DNA of 64,000 nucleotides from Blepharisma stoltei ATCC 30299 (Eukaryota; Protista; Ciliophora): the NCBI GenBank assembly GCA_965603825.1, contig CBFDEM010000022.1:186001-250000 (forward strand). The letters run 5' to 3'. Of this stretch, positions 24,887 through 35,704 are shown one piece after another. The position numbers and the translations under genes are program-made. How positions within the stretch are numbered: the stretch's first letter is position 1; every line of letters starts with the position of its first letter. The notes beneath the pieces are model-generated. The model did no database searches, was not told where the DNA came from, and saw only the letters and a program-made list of their open reading frames with translations.

Positions 24887-26905
24887 TTAAATATTTTTAG
24901 TTATTAGACATTTCATTGATTTAATTTGAGACATTATCAGCTGCCTGTCAACATCTTCAACCTGAAATTCGATTAAAGTCCCTTCAAAAATATCTGCATA
25001 ATACTCGAACTCACGGTCAGTTATTCCCATTTTTTGATGAGAAGACCGAATGGCTCTTCTGAACTCTAGATTTACCATTCCGTTGAAAATCATGAGCATT
25101 CCATTCATGATCATTGCAAACGTGTCTAGCTTTGTTTGCTTGAAATATTTAGTTAAGGCTTCATTTGCTAATATCTTATTGTAAAGGGATAGGATAAACT
25201 GGTTCCAAAATTGTTCTCCTCCGTACTTCTCTAAAAGATTTTTGTTGACTTTTGATAGCTTTGTATTGAATTTTGCTTCATCGAGGGTATCTATTACACT
25301 TTTATAGTGCTTTCTTATGCAGAGATGATTTTTGTCACTGTTTAAAGAATCTCTTATAAAGGAAGCATTCTCAATTTTTTGGTTGGTTTTTGGGGGACAT
25401 AGAAATGGGTTATTAGAAGGAATTGGGGAAAGCAAAGATCGAGAATTATATCTTATCTTATACGCTTGTATGCTTTGCTCTTTTAAGTCCATTGACGATA
25501 AACTTACAGAAGGCTTATGGCTAACAATACGGTCAATTCTTGCATTAACTTTACTTATCCTTTCCATGAGATCTTTTTCCTGCACTTCAGGCTTTAAATA
25601 CTCTTTTGGCTTAGCCCTAATTTTAAATGGCAGCTCATTTGTTTTTTCTCTGTGTTCTTTATATATAATAAAGCTTGTATCCAGATCTTTTTTGTCAATT
25701 TCAATTTTGGTACTAGATTTTTTTAAGTCACATGACCTACTTCTAGTAGAAATCGATGGAGTTGATTTTCGCTCTTCAATTATGTTTGCATCTAATGTCA
25801 GCTTATATATCAGCGAATACTCTTTGCAGTCTATAAGCACCCAATTCTTATTTTTATCTTGTATAAAATCAAGCACGATTCCTTTAATTCCATCATCCCT
25901 AAATACTTTGGTATTTAAAAATGAAATGACTTCAGATACCATGGCTTCGATTTCTGGGATTCTCCCTTTATTCTCCACCCCAAAGCAGCTATCAGGAATT
26001 TTAGAATTTACAATGAATTCTTTTGATAATGATAAATCAGGGCTGCTTTTTTCGTTTTCCTCGCCTAAATTTAATGAGCTGTCATTTCCTAATATTTCAG
26101 TTTTTTCCTCATGAATATCATTGAGATCTGGAAACTCAGCAGGATTTTTTCTGACTATTGACTGAGTTAGCTTAGACAGCATTTTAGAGGGTGTCATGCT
26201 TGGAGTGATTGATGATGCTCGATTCATTCGTCTAACCATCCTTTTAGGTGTGCTATTTGTGGATTCTGCTTTAGTTTTGTTTTTTACTTTGGAGCGGTTG
26301 ATAATTGTATAGAATTTGAGCTTACATCCAATTTTTCAGAGCACTCTTGTAATAGAAGCAGGGTTTGAATAACTTTGAATGTAATATTGCAGCATTGCAG
26401 GGGCTTTGGTTGATTTTCAAATTGCTTGAGCACTTTCAACAGCATTTAGTATTAGAGTTTCTTTGTTTTTGGCTTTATAGCAAACAATTGGACCATTTTC
26501 GTCACTTTTTCTCTGATTTAGCTTGAAAAAATCATTATCAAGACACGGCCTTGATACAACTGCCCCATTTTTTAAAGTTTGGATCAAAAATGGAACAGAA
26601 ATATTTTCAATTCTTAAAAGAGTCGTCGGAATGTTTACAATTACTCTTATAGAGTCCAAATGCTTAGCAAGTAAGCCAAACAGATCTAATTTTTGGTTTC
26701 TTGCTAATGGAAGTAATGTATTTAACTTTTTAGTGTAAATGTTCTGTATATAATCTTCTTTGTTTTTAGTGCAATTAAAAAGACCTTTTTCTGCTGATTC
26801 ATTTATGAGGGATATTACATCTTCTCTAAAGTTTTGAATTTCATCTCTTTCCATAGCTCTGTGATGGTAATCTTTGAGATTCTGCAAAATAACTGGAATA
26901 TCCAT
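24887..26905 (-). CDS. Array gene 11 (subfamily A): ATP-grasp-like + truncated haemoglobin fusion, ~672 aa
   Basis: Same-frame pieces joined at TGA (SAQAI-W, TRVL-W). Globin LLEKYGGEQFW…RSSHQKMGI. Confidence 0.88.
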
Positions 26906-27204
26906 GAAATTTTTTTAATCGATTTTGTTTATTAACGTGTTTTTGATTTATTAGATAAATATATTATAGCTCTAAAATGCTTATTAAAAGAATAATTAAA
27001 TAATAATTATTTAGCTAAGTTTTGAGGAAATTATATAGAAGTTTTATTATCATAAATTTATAAGAAATAGTTAAAACTTGAAAGAAATTTCACATAGTGG
27101 TAATGAGAATCGCATTTAAATTATTTAAACTGCGAAAAAATTTAACAAACTAAATAGAATGAAATAGTCTTTATTTTATGAAAATATATATTATTAATCT
27201 TAAC

Positions 27205-28818
27205 TTATACAGATTGAATCCTATGAGGAATTGCATCAAGAGTTTTTCCAATAAACTCAATTTCCTTACGCACATCATCCATTTGAGAAGACTTTTTCTT
27301 GCTAGACTCAGTTACTTTAGGCTGTATGCTGAGCTTATAAGTGTTTCTTGAAGCTGTAAACTGAGAATATCTCGGACCAGCATTTTTGCTTTGGTAAGTG
27401 GTAGGATGTCTTATCATATGTTTAAGCTGTCTATAAGCAGCTTCTAAATCAAGCGATTTTTCATATTCTTTTTCATCTCCAAGTAGACTTCTTGCAGCGT
27501 TTCTGAACTCTTCAAGTCTGGTCCTTTTGGCTTTTTCTCTCATCTTTTTCTCTCCTCCTTCAGTTTCTGTTAAGAAAAATTGATTTCCAGCACTTTCTTT
27601 TATAGGCCTAGATGAGCCTCTATCATTACTCGGTGTATAAATATCTTTATAAGCTGGAGGAGGCTCAATTGCAGGCGGGAAAATATCTTCTTCGATTTCT
27701 TGTGTTGAATTTATTTCAGAAATCGGCAGCACGCCCATATCTTTGCTAAGCTCAACCCCAAACAATTGATTTTTTAAAGCAGCTGTATAATCTTGAGTTA
27801 TATAAGCAATTGGTCTTGCATAAGGTGCTTTGTTTCTTTTTTTGTTATTTTGCGATTCGCTTATAATTGTTCCGCCTAGCTCAGTTGCGATTACCTCTTG
27901 TAATTTATCAACATCTTTGGTTTGTGCAAAAGGATTGCCTGTTATTATAAGTATTTGGAGACTTGGCATATTGCTTGCATACATAAGGTTATCTTGATTA
28001 TCTACCCAGTTATAAGAAAAATCCAGCTCTCTTAGATGTACGAATGCTTCTTGTTCAAGAGCATCGCTATGGATTCCTCTCAATTTATTTCTAGAAATAT
28101 CAAGCTTTTGCAAGCCAGGAATTGTAGACAAAGACCTGAATAATAAAGAAGCAGAAAATAAAACACTGTCAGTAGAAAACCCATTTGAGCTTAAATACAA
28201 TTCTTTCAAAGCCTTAAAGTCACTTAAATCTTCAGGTAAGGTGCATAAATCATTTGAAGATAAATCCAGCGATTCCAATCTTCCAAGTGAAGAAAGATTT
28301 GAAATACTTGATGCGTGGATTTTATTATAGCTTAAATTCAAAGTTTCCAAACATCTGAATGAAGGAAATGGGAGGGTTGGAATGTTCGTTATTTTGTTGC
28401 ACATCAAATTCAGCTCAGTCAGACTTTCTAAATTTTTCAGCTTTTCCATAGCAACTGCGTTATCTGAGAGATCTAATGTACTTAAGCTTGTAAAGTACTT
28501 TAAATCGTCCTCTACTACATCAGATATGCCTTCACCGCTGAGTCTTGCACAAATTGCTTCATTTGGCATTTCCACTTTGCATATTTCTAAAAGTAAAAAG
28601 CCGTCTAGGATTTTATTGTAGTTTTTTGGTTTAAATGACTCTGGGGTTTCTTTGTAAAATGCGTTGAAAGGGTTTTTTCGGAGATGCCGAGGGCGTTTTA
28701 CTCTTGCTGGTTGAATTTCAGCGTTGAGGTCGTGGACTTTGACGGGGAAACTTTGAAATTTATCGTTACTCTTGGTACCTTTGGAGCTGCTTATAATTGT
28801 GCTTATTGAGTAGGACAT
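27205..28818 (-). CDS. XRRA1: Leucine-rich repeat protein, XRRA1-like, 537 aa
   Basis: Multiple LxxLxLSxN repeats preceded by ILDGFLLLEICKVEMP…LSGEGISDVVEDDL, which resembles the XRRA1 N-cap. Confidence 0.7.
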   Translation of the reverse strand: MSYSISTIISSSKGTKSNDKFQSFPVKVHDLNAEIQPARVKRPRHLRKNPFNAFYKETPESFKPKNYNKILDGFLLLEICKVEMPNEAICARLSGEGISDVVEDDLKYFTSLSTLDLSDNAVAMEKLKNLESLTELNLMCNKITNIPTLPFPSFRCLETLNLSYNKIHASSISNLSSLGRLESLDLSSNDLCTLPEDLSDFKALKELYLSSNGFSTDSVLFSASLLFRSLSTIPGLQKLDISRNKLRGIHSDALEQEAFVHLRELDFSYNWVDNQDNLMYASNMPSLQILIITGNPFAQTKDVDKLQEVIATELGGTIISESQNNKKRNKAPYARPIAYITQDYTAALKNQLFGVELSKDMGVLPISEINSTQEIEEDIFPPAIEPPPAYKDIYTPSNDRGSSRPIKESAGNQFFLTETEGGEKKMREKAKRTRLEEFRNAARSLLGDEKEYEKSLDLEAAYRQLKHMIRHPTTYQSKNAGPRYSQFTASRNTYKLSIQPKVTESSKKKSSQMDDVRKEIEFIGKTLDAIPHRIQSV

Positions 28819-28872
28819 TTATATGAAAGAAATAATTGAATAAAGATAGCTAAAAATGAGTCAAGCAATAAA

Positions 28873-29346
28873 ATGCTTCTAGGTAGTATTTGTTTACTGA
28901 TGATTGGGGTGCTCGGGTTTTGGAGTGATTCAGACACAATAAATATAGACTTAGCATCACATATGCCGTATATCATTAAAAATATATTTGAGGATCAAGG
29001 TAATCCAGAAATTGAAGCTAAACTGATAGCGCAATCCTATTTAGCTAAAAGAGAAGTATTTAACTTAAAAAAATTGAAAAATGTAATATTTACAGGAGAT
29101 TTATTTAAGTATGCTGAAGAGTGAAAAAGAGAATTATTTTATGAAATCTTCCAAACAGAATCAAAAGATATCCTAAGAGACATCCATTATATTCCTTTTT
29201 CATATGAATATTATCAGGCTATTAAAACATCATTTCATACCTGAATGTCTCAGCAGCCTACAGAAGAAGAATATCAAAATATAGAAACATCCCATGCTGA
29301 GTCAATCGAATGCCCAATATTACTGAACTTTCCTTACACATTTTAA
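28873..29346 (+). CDS. Hypothetical protein with N-terminal hydrophobic (signal-like) segment, ~157 aa with two TGA=Trp
   Basis: ORF 28873..29124 continues in frame through TGA to TAA at 29344-29346. Confidence 0.6.
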
Positions 29347-29381
29347 GTAAAATTCTTCCTATTTAATTAATAATTTATATA

Positions 29382-30425
29382 TTATTCAATCGTTGTACTT
29401 GAACTAGTCTCATTGCACCAGTAAGGCTTCCAAACAAGTAGCTTGATATCATTTTCTGTTTTATATATATTTTGCTTTAATCCGCCTCTTATTTTCAGCA
29501 ATCCAATATTTTTCACTGCCTCAAAAATTTCACCTACAACTTCTCCTTTATCGTTAACAATTCTTTTTCCTGATAAATTTAAGTCACAAGCTTCGTCAAC
29601 AAATTCAACTGGAGGATGAACAGCATCAGTTAAGCCTTCAAGCTTATCTGTAATCAAAAATGGATAAGTTCTTGTTCTTACGACGCCTTGAGTGTGGACT
29701 CTTGCCATCAGTTCTTGGCCAACATAGCAGCCTTTATTGTAGCTTATCGTATTTAAAAGATCAAAATTTAGCATCTGCGGAATTTCATTGCAAATTGGCG
29801 GACCTTCAGGAATGCCTAATAAGATCCTTAAATACCTATAATGCTCAGACCCTTTCTCCACGATTCCACTATCTTCTTCAATTTCTAGGCAATCCTGCTC
29901 AGTAATCGTTCTAGTTCCTAATAGCTTGCATCTTGGATCAACAAAGCATGTATAACCATAAAGCATTCTCCCTAAGTCTTCGTCAATTTTAGGAGGCTCT
30001 CCTATTTCATCAAAAAATTGCCTTGCCCCTTCAGGCTCTTCTGGGATTGACACAGGTGATGCAGTTGCATATACACTCATGAGTTCATCAAGATTGTCTA
30101 CTTTCACGTCTTTTCTAAATGCATGTTGCTTGATATAAGCCATAAGAATTGACGATTGATTTATATGTGTATCTATAAAAAACGCAGGATCGTAATCTAC
30201 AAATGAAGGAGCTTTTACTATAATTGCGTGGCACTGAATCCTTCCTTTTGGGTCTAAAAATAAAGAGTTCATTCCCCATTGAGGACTGCTCACGAATTTA
30301 TCGATGTCATTTGTGCAGAGACCTTGGAGAAGCCTGAGTAAAAGTTACTTTATGCAGTCTTTGCCATGAATTACATTTATTGACCTATCTGCGAGTTTGA
30401 ATAAATATCCAACATTGGCCAGCAT
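29382..30425 (-). CDS. IBA57: IBA57/CAF17/YgfZ folate-binding-fold Fe-S maturation protein, ~342 aa, one intron
   Basis: KGCYVGQEL signature. Removing the 15-nt intron restores DCIKLLQGLCTND, matching the YgfZ 'FLQG..TND' motif. Confidence 0.92.
30334..30348 (-). other. 15-nt spliceosomal intron GTAACTTTTACTCAG
   Basis: GT..AG, A at position 10, contains an in-frame TAA; removal restores a conserved motif. Confidence 0.9.
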
Positions 30426-30459
30426 TTTTATTCGCAAAAATGAGAGATAGAAATTAAAG

Positions 30460-31884
30460 TTATTTATTTTTAACAATTTTCTTGGTAGGATCTAAAGGAA
30501 AAACTTTGATATTCTCATAAATCAGAATTTCGTCAATTAATTGTAAATCTCCACTTACAAGTAGCTCTCTTGGCTTGCTCTGAACAAAATTTAAATTTCC
30601 AGAAGGACTGCCATCTAATCCCCCTTTGTTTCTTGCAATTAGAAAACTCTCTAGCAAATTTTTTATTTTTTTTCTTCCTCCTGTGAATTGGATTGCATTT
30701 TCACTTAGAAATCAAGCTTTAATATCGCTGGAATTGATTTCTTCTTTGTCATTTTTTAAAACAGCAAGCTTTTTATTCTGTAAAATATTTTGGTTTAAAT
30801 GGGCACCAATATTATTTGTGAAGTGCTTTCTTGGTTTTATCGAATTTATAGAGACTCTTCCAGAAAAGCTGCTTATTTCTGAGCATCTTGGGGATGGAGT
30901 TTTTAAAGAATTTGCTAAAGCTTCTTTGCATGTTTTCATATTTGTATTAATCTCACTGTCAAGCTTGGATATTCTGTGTTCATATTCATCAAGCTCTACT
31001 GAAAACACTGGCTTAATATTTTCAATAAGCTCAGAGCTCATTGGCCTATCCGATTGTTTAGTTGAAAAAGTTGATGCAATTGCATTATTTTCTGCTTTAT
31101 GAAGCAGCTGTGGTGATAAAGATAATTTTGGAACATTTTTTGGTCTTTGCTTCTTAATTTTATTGCCTTTTTTATCTGAGCAGCTCATTAAAAGTCCAAC
31201 AAATAATAAGAGCTTCAAAATGACCTCTTCATACTTATATTGATCAATTAAATCTTTAAAATGCTCAGGATTAGAAACATCTTTGCAAAATAACTCAAAG
31301 TTTTGTTTATTTTGCATCAGCATTTCAATCATTTTTTGGGCATTCTCCATTACCTCTTTATTTTGCCTTTTTTGAAACTTGCTGAGTGTATCTGGAAATG
31401 ATTCATCGCTCATATCAGTTCATGATTCATCTATAATGTGCCCACTTCATCGGTCTTCAGCTTCTTTCAATCTTTTCATTAAATTTTTGTTTTCAATATC
31501 TTTATCAAATAATTCCTTTTTATATTGTTCAGCTTTTTTTAATTTATTCTCTTTTTCTTTCAGACTTTCAAAGAGGAAATCGCTTTTCTCTTTTTCCTTA
31601 GTTAAATCTTTAGTACATTCTGTAACAGACTGAATCAATGCTTCTTTTTCCTCTTTTGATTTTAAAAGCTCTTTCTCACAGTTCTCTAAGTTATTTTTTA
31701 AGCTATTAATTTTTTCTTTTGATGTTTGGAGATCTTCTTTCATTTTCCTAAATAGCTCTGAATCTTCGTAGTGAGGAATCTCATAAATGTTTCTGAGGCT
31801 GTAAAATTTTTCATTAGGCTTTATGGGGTTTTTGTTAGAGTCAACTCTTTTCTTCTGAGAACTCGATTTTCGAGAATGCCTCAT
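30460..31884 (-). CDS. Hypothetical coiled-coil protein, ~474 aa
   Basis: Three same-frame ORF pieces joined at TGA; K/E-rich heptads. Confidence 0.72.
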
Positions 31885-32224
31885 TATACAATGTTTAAAT
31901 TATCAACAGCATTTTAAAGATTCATCATAATAGTCTATGAGTAAATTAATGGCGCAATTGCTTTTTAATTAAACTCGAAAGATTATAATAAAAGGATTTA
32001 TCTAAAATAAATTGAATAATAAGAAGAAATATGCAGCATTATAATATAAACGATAGTAAAGCCTCTCAGGAGCTCTAAGATTATTTTTATGGTATAGAGC
32101 TCATTCTGAAATTCTATCCTAACAATTATTAAATCTTTTAGTCAGAGAAGTAAGTTTTGGATTCCTTCTATTAAATGTTTTATTGCAGCCAGTCTTTCCA
32201 ATCTTAATTAGAATTAAATATCGG

Positions 32225-35200
32225 TTAAATGTTGTCTTCAAATCTTTGTCTCATAAAAGGACTCCTTCTGCTGTCTCTTATAGACCCGTAATCCCCTGAA
32301 GCTCTATTTTCTTTGATATATGCTCCTAGTTTATCTTCTTTTTGTGCCAATTCAAATCTTAGCGAGTGTATTCTCTCACTCAAATCCTGCACATCATTTT
32401 TCCTCAATCTTGCAACCTGCTCTTTTTGTTCTCTTTCCTGCTCTAAGTACCCTTCTAACTCCAATATTCTATTTTCTAAATTTTTAACTTCTGTAAAGTA
32501 CCTTTCTTTTGGAATATAATCCTGCAAATTCAATGCTTGCCTTTCATAATTAAGTGATTTTAATCTTTCATTTTCTAATTCTTCTTTTATAGCAGTATAT
32601 CGCTTTTCATATTGCGATTTTACCTTTTCGATTTCTTCTTGGTGGGAGCTTCTCAGCTTAAATTCACTTTCACTCCTTTCTGTTATAGCTTTCCTCAAGT
32701 CTTCTTTGGTTTTTTCTAAGTCTTTTTCATATTTAGCTTGAAGCTCACTAGTTGATTTCCTTAATACATTTTGACTGCTTGTTTTTATTTTTAGAGCTCC
32801 TTCAGTGACTTCTTTTTGCAGATTATCAAAAGCTTCTGTATTGGCTTGCAGTCTGATGTGGAGTTTTTGATTTTGCCTATTTGCATCTTCTAAGTCCAAT
32901 TTAAATTTTGCAACTGACTCTTTAGCTTTTTCAGCCATAAGTTCACTTGATTTCTTTTTATCAATTAAGAGCTTGACAGCTTTTCTTACATTTTCCATAT
33001 CAGGATCATCCCATCATATGATTTCTTCTCTAATTAAACTTTCTTCAAGCTTATGAAGTTTATTTCTCCACTCTCTTTTAATTTCTTCTGAAAACCCTGT
33101 CACTTTGCTTTCAAGAGTTTTTCTTTGATTTACATCTTTTTCTATGAATTTAATAGATAGGTCTTTTACTATTGATTTAAGCATAGCGTTAAATGAACTA
33201 ATCTCAAAGTCCAAGGTTTGTTTTATCATAGATAAATCAGATTTCAACGACTGTATGCAGAATTTTGTGTTTCTCCATATTTTCTCAGTAGTGAGATTGA
33301 ACTTCCTCCCTTTTTCTAACAATTGAGCTTTGTGGGCCAACAGCTCTTCTTTTGTATACTCAAGTTCTTCTTTCATAGATATCATCATTGATTTTAGTTC
33401 GAAATTTTCCTGCTCAGCCGATATCAATCGTTCTCTATTAAGCTTATCCTTATTTTCCAGCTCAGAAGTCAAAGATTTCGTAAATGTTTGCGATTCTTTC
33501 AGCAAGTTCCTGGCTTCAGAGTGATGACATGTAATTTCGTCAATTTCATCTTCTAAAACCCTTATTTGGTTTTCTAGCTTTGATATAAATTTATGAGATT
33601 GTTCAAGGTCATCTTCAAGCCTTTGGCTTTTTTCTTTTTCTAAGCCTAAAAATCTTTTTTCAATGAACTCATTGTTCATAATTTCTTGTTTTTCTTGGTA
33701 CTTAATTGTTTGCTGCTTATAGTAATTTAATTGGTCTTCTAATTCTTTTCGCTTTATTTCAGATTTCATTAATTCATTTTCTACCTTGAACCTGAATTCT
33801 GATTCTTCTCCTTTGCATGACTTCAATAAGTCTAAAGTGTCACTAGCTTTTTCTAGCTGTGATAAAATATCAAGTTTTTCGTCGTTTAATTCTTTTATTT
33901 CGTTACTTTTCTGCTTGATTTCAGCCTGCAAAGCTGCCTTGCATGATTTTAAGTCACTTTTTAAGTTTTCTTCTCTGTCAATAGAATCCTTCAATAAATC
34001 CTTTTGGTACTTTAAGTCTCTTTTAAGTTTATTTATTTCTTGGTTTAAATTTTCAATGTTATCTTCATGTGTCCGGCTCAGCCTATCTATTTTTAGTTGG
34101 TGCTCTTTTACTAACTTCTTTTCATGGGCATCAATAGATTCTTGATGGGATACTTTTGGAATAAAGTCTCTTTCAATTTCTGATGATTTACTTTGTAGAA
34201 GGGATCTGATTTCTTTTTCTTTATCACTTCGTATTTTCATTTCAGTCGTGACGATTTCTTCTGCTTTCCTTTCTAGTTGTGTTTGCAGATTTATTATTTG
34301 AAGATCGTATTGAGATTTCAGCTCATCAATTTTCATTTTTTGGCTTTTTTCTGTTTCTTTTATCTTTTCTTCTGATTCTTTTAATAGATTTTTCAGATTT
34401 TCTTCATTTTCATACGATATTTTGAGCTGGACTTTGGCTTCTTCCAGCTTATCAGAACAATTTTTATAATCTTTTTGACTTTCCAAAATTTTCGATCTTT
34501 GTTCTTTTACTTTTTGCTTCAGCTTCCCATTTTTGGATTTTGAATTTTTTATGACACCTTGCAAATCTTGCTGAGACTTAGTAAGTTCTTCATATTGGCT
34601 CTGATAAGCTTGGAAACTAGATATAAGTTTGGCTTGGTCTTTTTCCACAGCTTTTTTCTTCTGTTTAAGCTCATTGTTTTCATCAATTAGCTCTTCTAAT
34701 CTCATTTTGAAGTTGTTTTTATTATCTTCAAGAGACCTAACAGAAATTTTCCACTGCTCTTCTCTATTCAATGCATCTTCTAGCTTAGATTTCAATCCAT
34801 CAAGTTCAAAGCACAGATCATTGATATGTGCCAAATCCTTTTGGCGCTGAGAATTTAAAACTTCATTATCGATTTGAAGCCTCTTAATTTTTTCTTCAGA
34901 CTCTATCATCTGGTTTCCAATTATTTTATTTTGGCTTCTTGCCATATCTTCTACTTTATGCGACCATTCTAAATCTTTTATTTTAAGCTTTTCATCGATA
35001 ATGGAATCTGTGTGCTCTACTTTCATTCTCATTTCATGGTAAACCCTTCCAATTCTGTCTTTTTCTAGCGATTCCCTTCTCACTTTGTCCTCTAAATCTC
35101 TAATAATTGATAATTGTTTCTGTTTTTCATACTCGAGCTTGAGGACTTCACCTTTTTCTTGGATCAATGAGTCTTGAAGTTTTGAAATTGTCAGTTCTTT

Positions 35201-35479
35201 TTCGTTGCTCATAATGCTTTCAAGCAATTCTTTGGCTCGCTGAGAAGCAAAACCTTGGCTTAATGAACTTTCTTTCATCGCGTGAAATATATCGTCGTTA
35301 TTTACATCTTCAAAATATCTTTGGACTTGGTAATTTAAATTTGAAATTCTTTGCTCATATAAGTCTCTAGCGTATTCTAGTTTCTCTTGATATTCTTTAT
35401 CCTTTGCTAACTTCGAGTCGTATATTTTGTCTGCCAAATCACTTTGGCGCAAGTTTATAGGCTCATCTGAAAAGTTCAT
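32225..35479 (-). CDS. Large coiled-coil protein, ~1084 aa
   Basis: 33014..35479 and 32225..32998 are in frame, joined by TGA-TGG (WWDDPD). Confidence 0.82.
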
Positions 35480-35704
35480 TCAAGTAATAATTTATTTAAA
35501 AATGACTAATTAATGATTAGGAGCCAATTTTTATATATAAAGACTTATAATTATAATATTTCAAATATTTAAAAATTAAAAATCTCAATATATTTTAATA
35601 TTTTCTTGATGTCAATTAATTGGATTTCAATTTTTAATAAATAATTAAAATGTGACTAAAATTAAAGTGATGAATAATTAATAGAGCTTCAGCTATTAAG
35701 CCTA

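Noticed and set aside
1609-26738. Plus-strand ORFs over the array (e.g. 1609..1974, 3111..3413, 25332..26114)
   Set aside because: Antisense shadows of K/E-rich coding sequence, rich in F/L/S/I with no independent motifs. The same applies to shadow ORFs elsewhere in the window.
456-26905. Reading the array as frameshifted or nonsense-disrupted pseudogenes, or as multi-gene operons
   Set aside because: All pieces of each unit share one frame, breaks occur only at TGA aligned with Trp, and gene 10 is one intact ORF.
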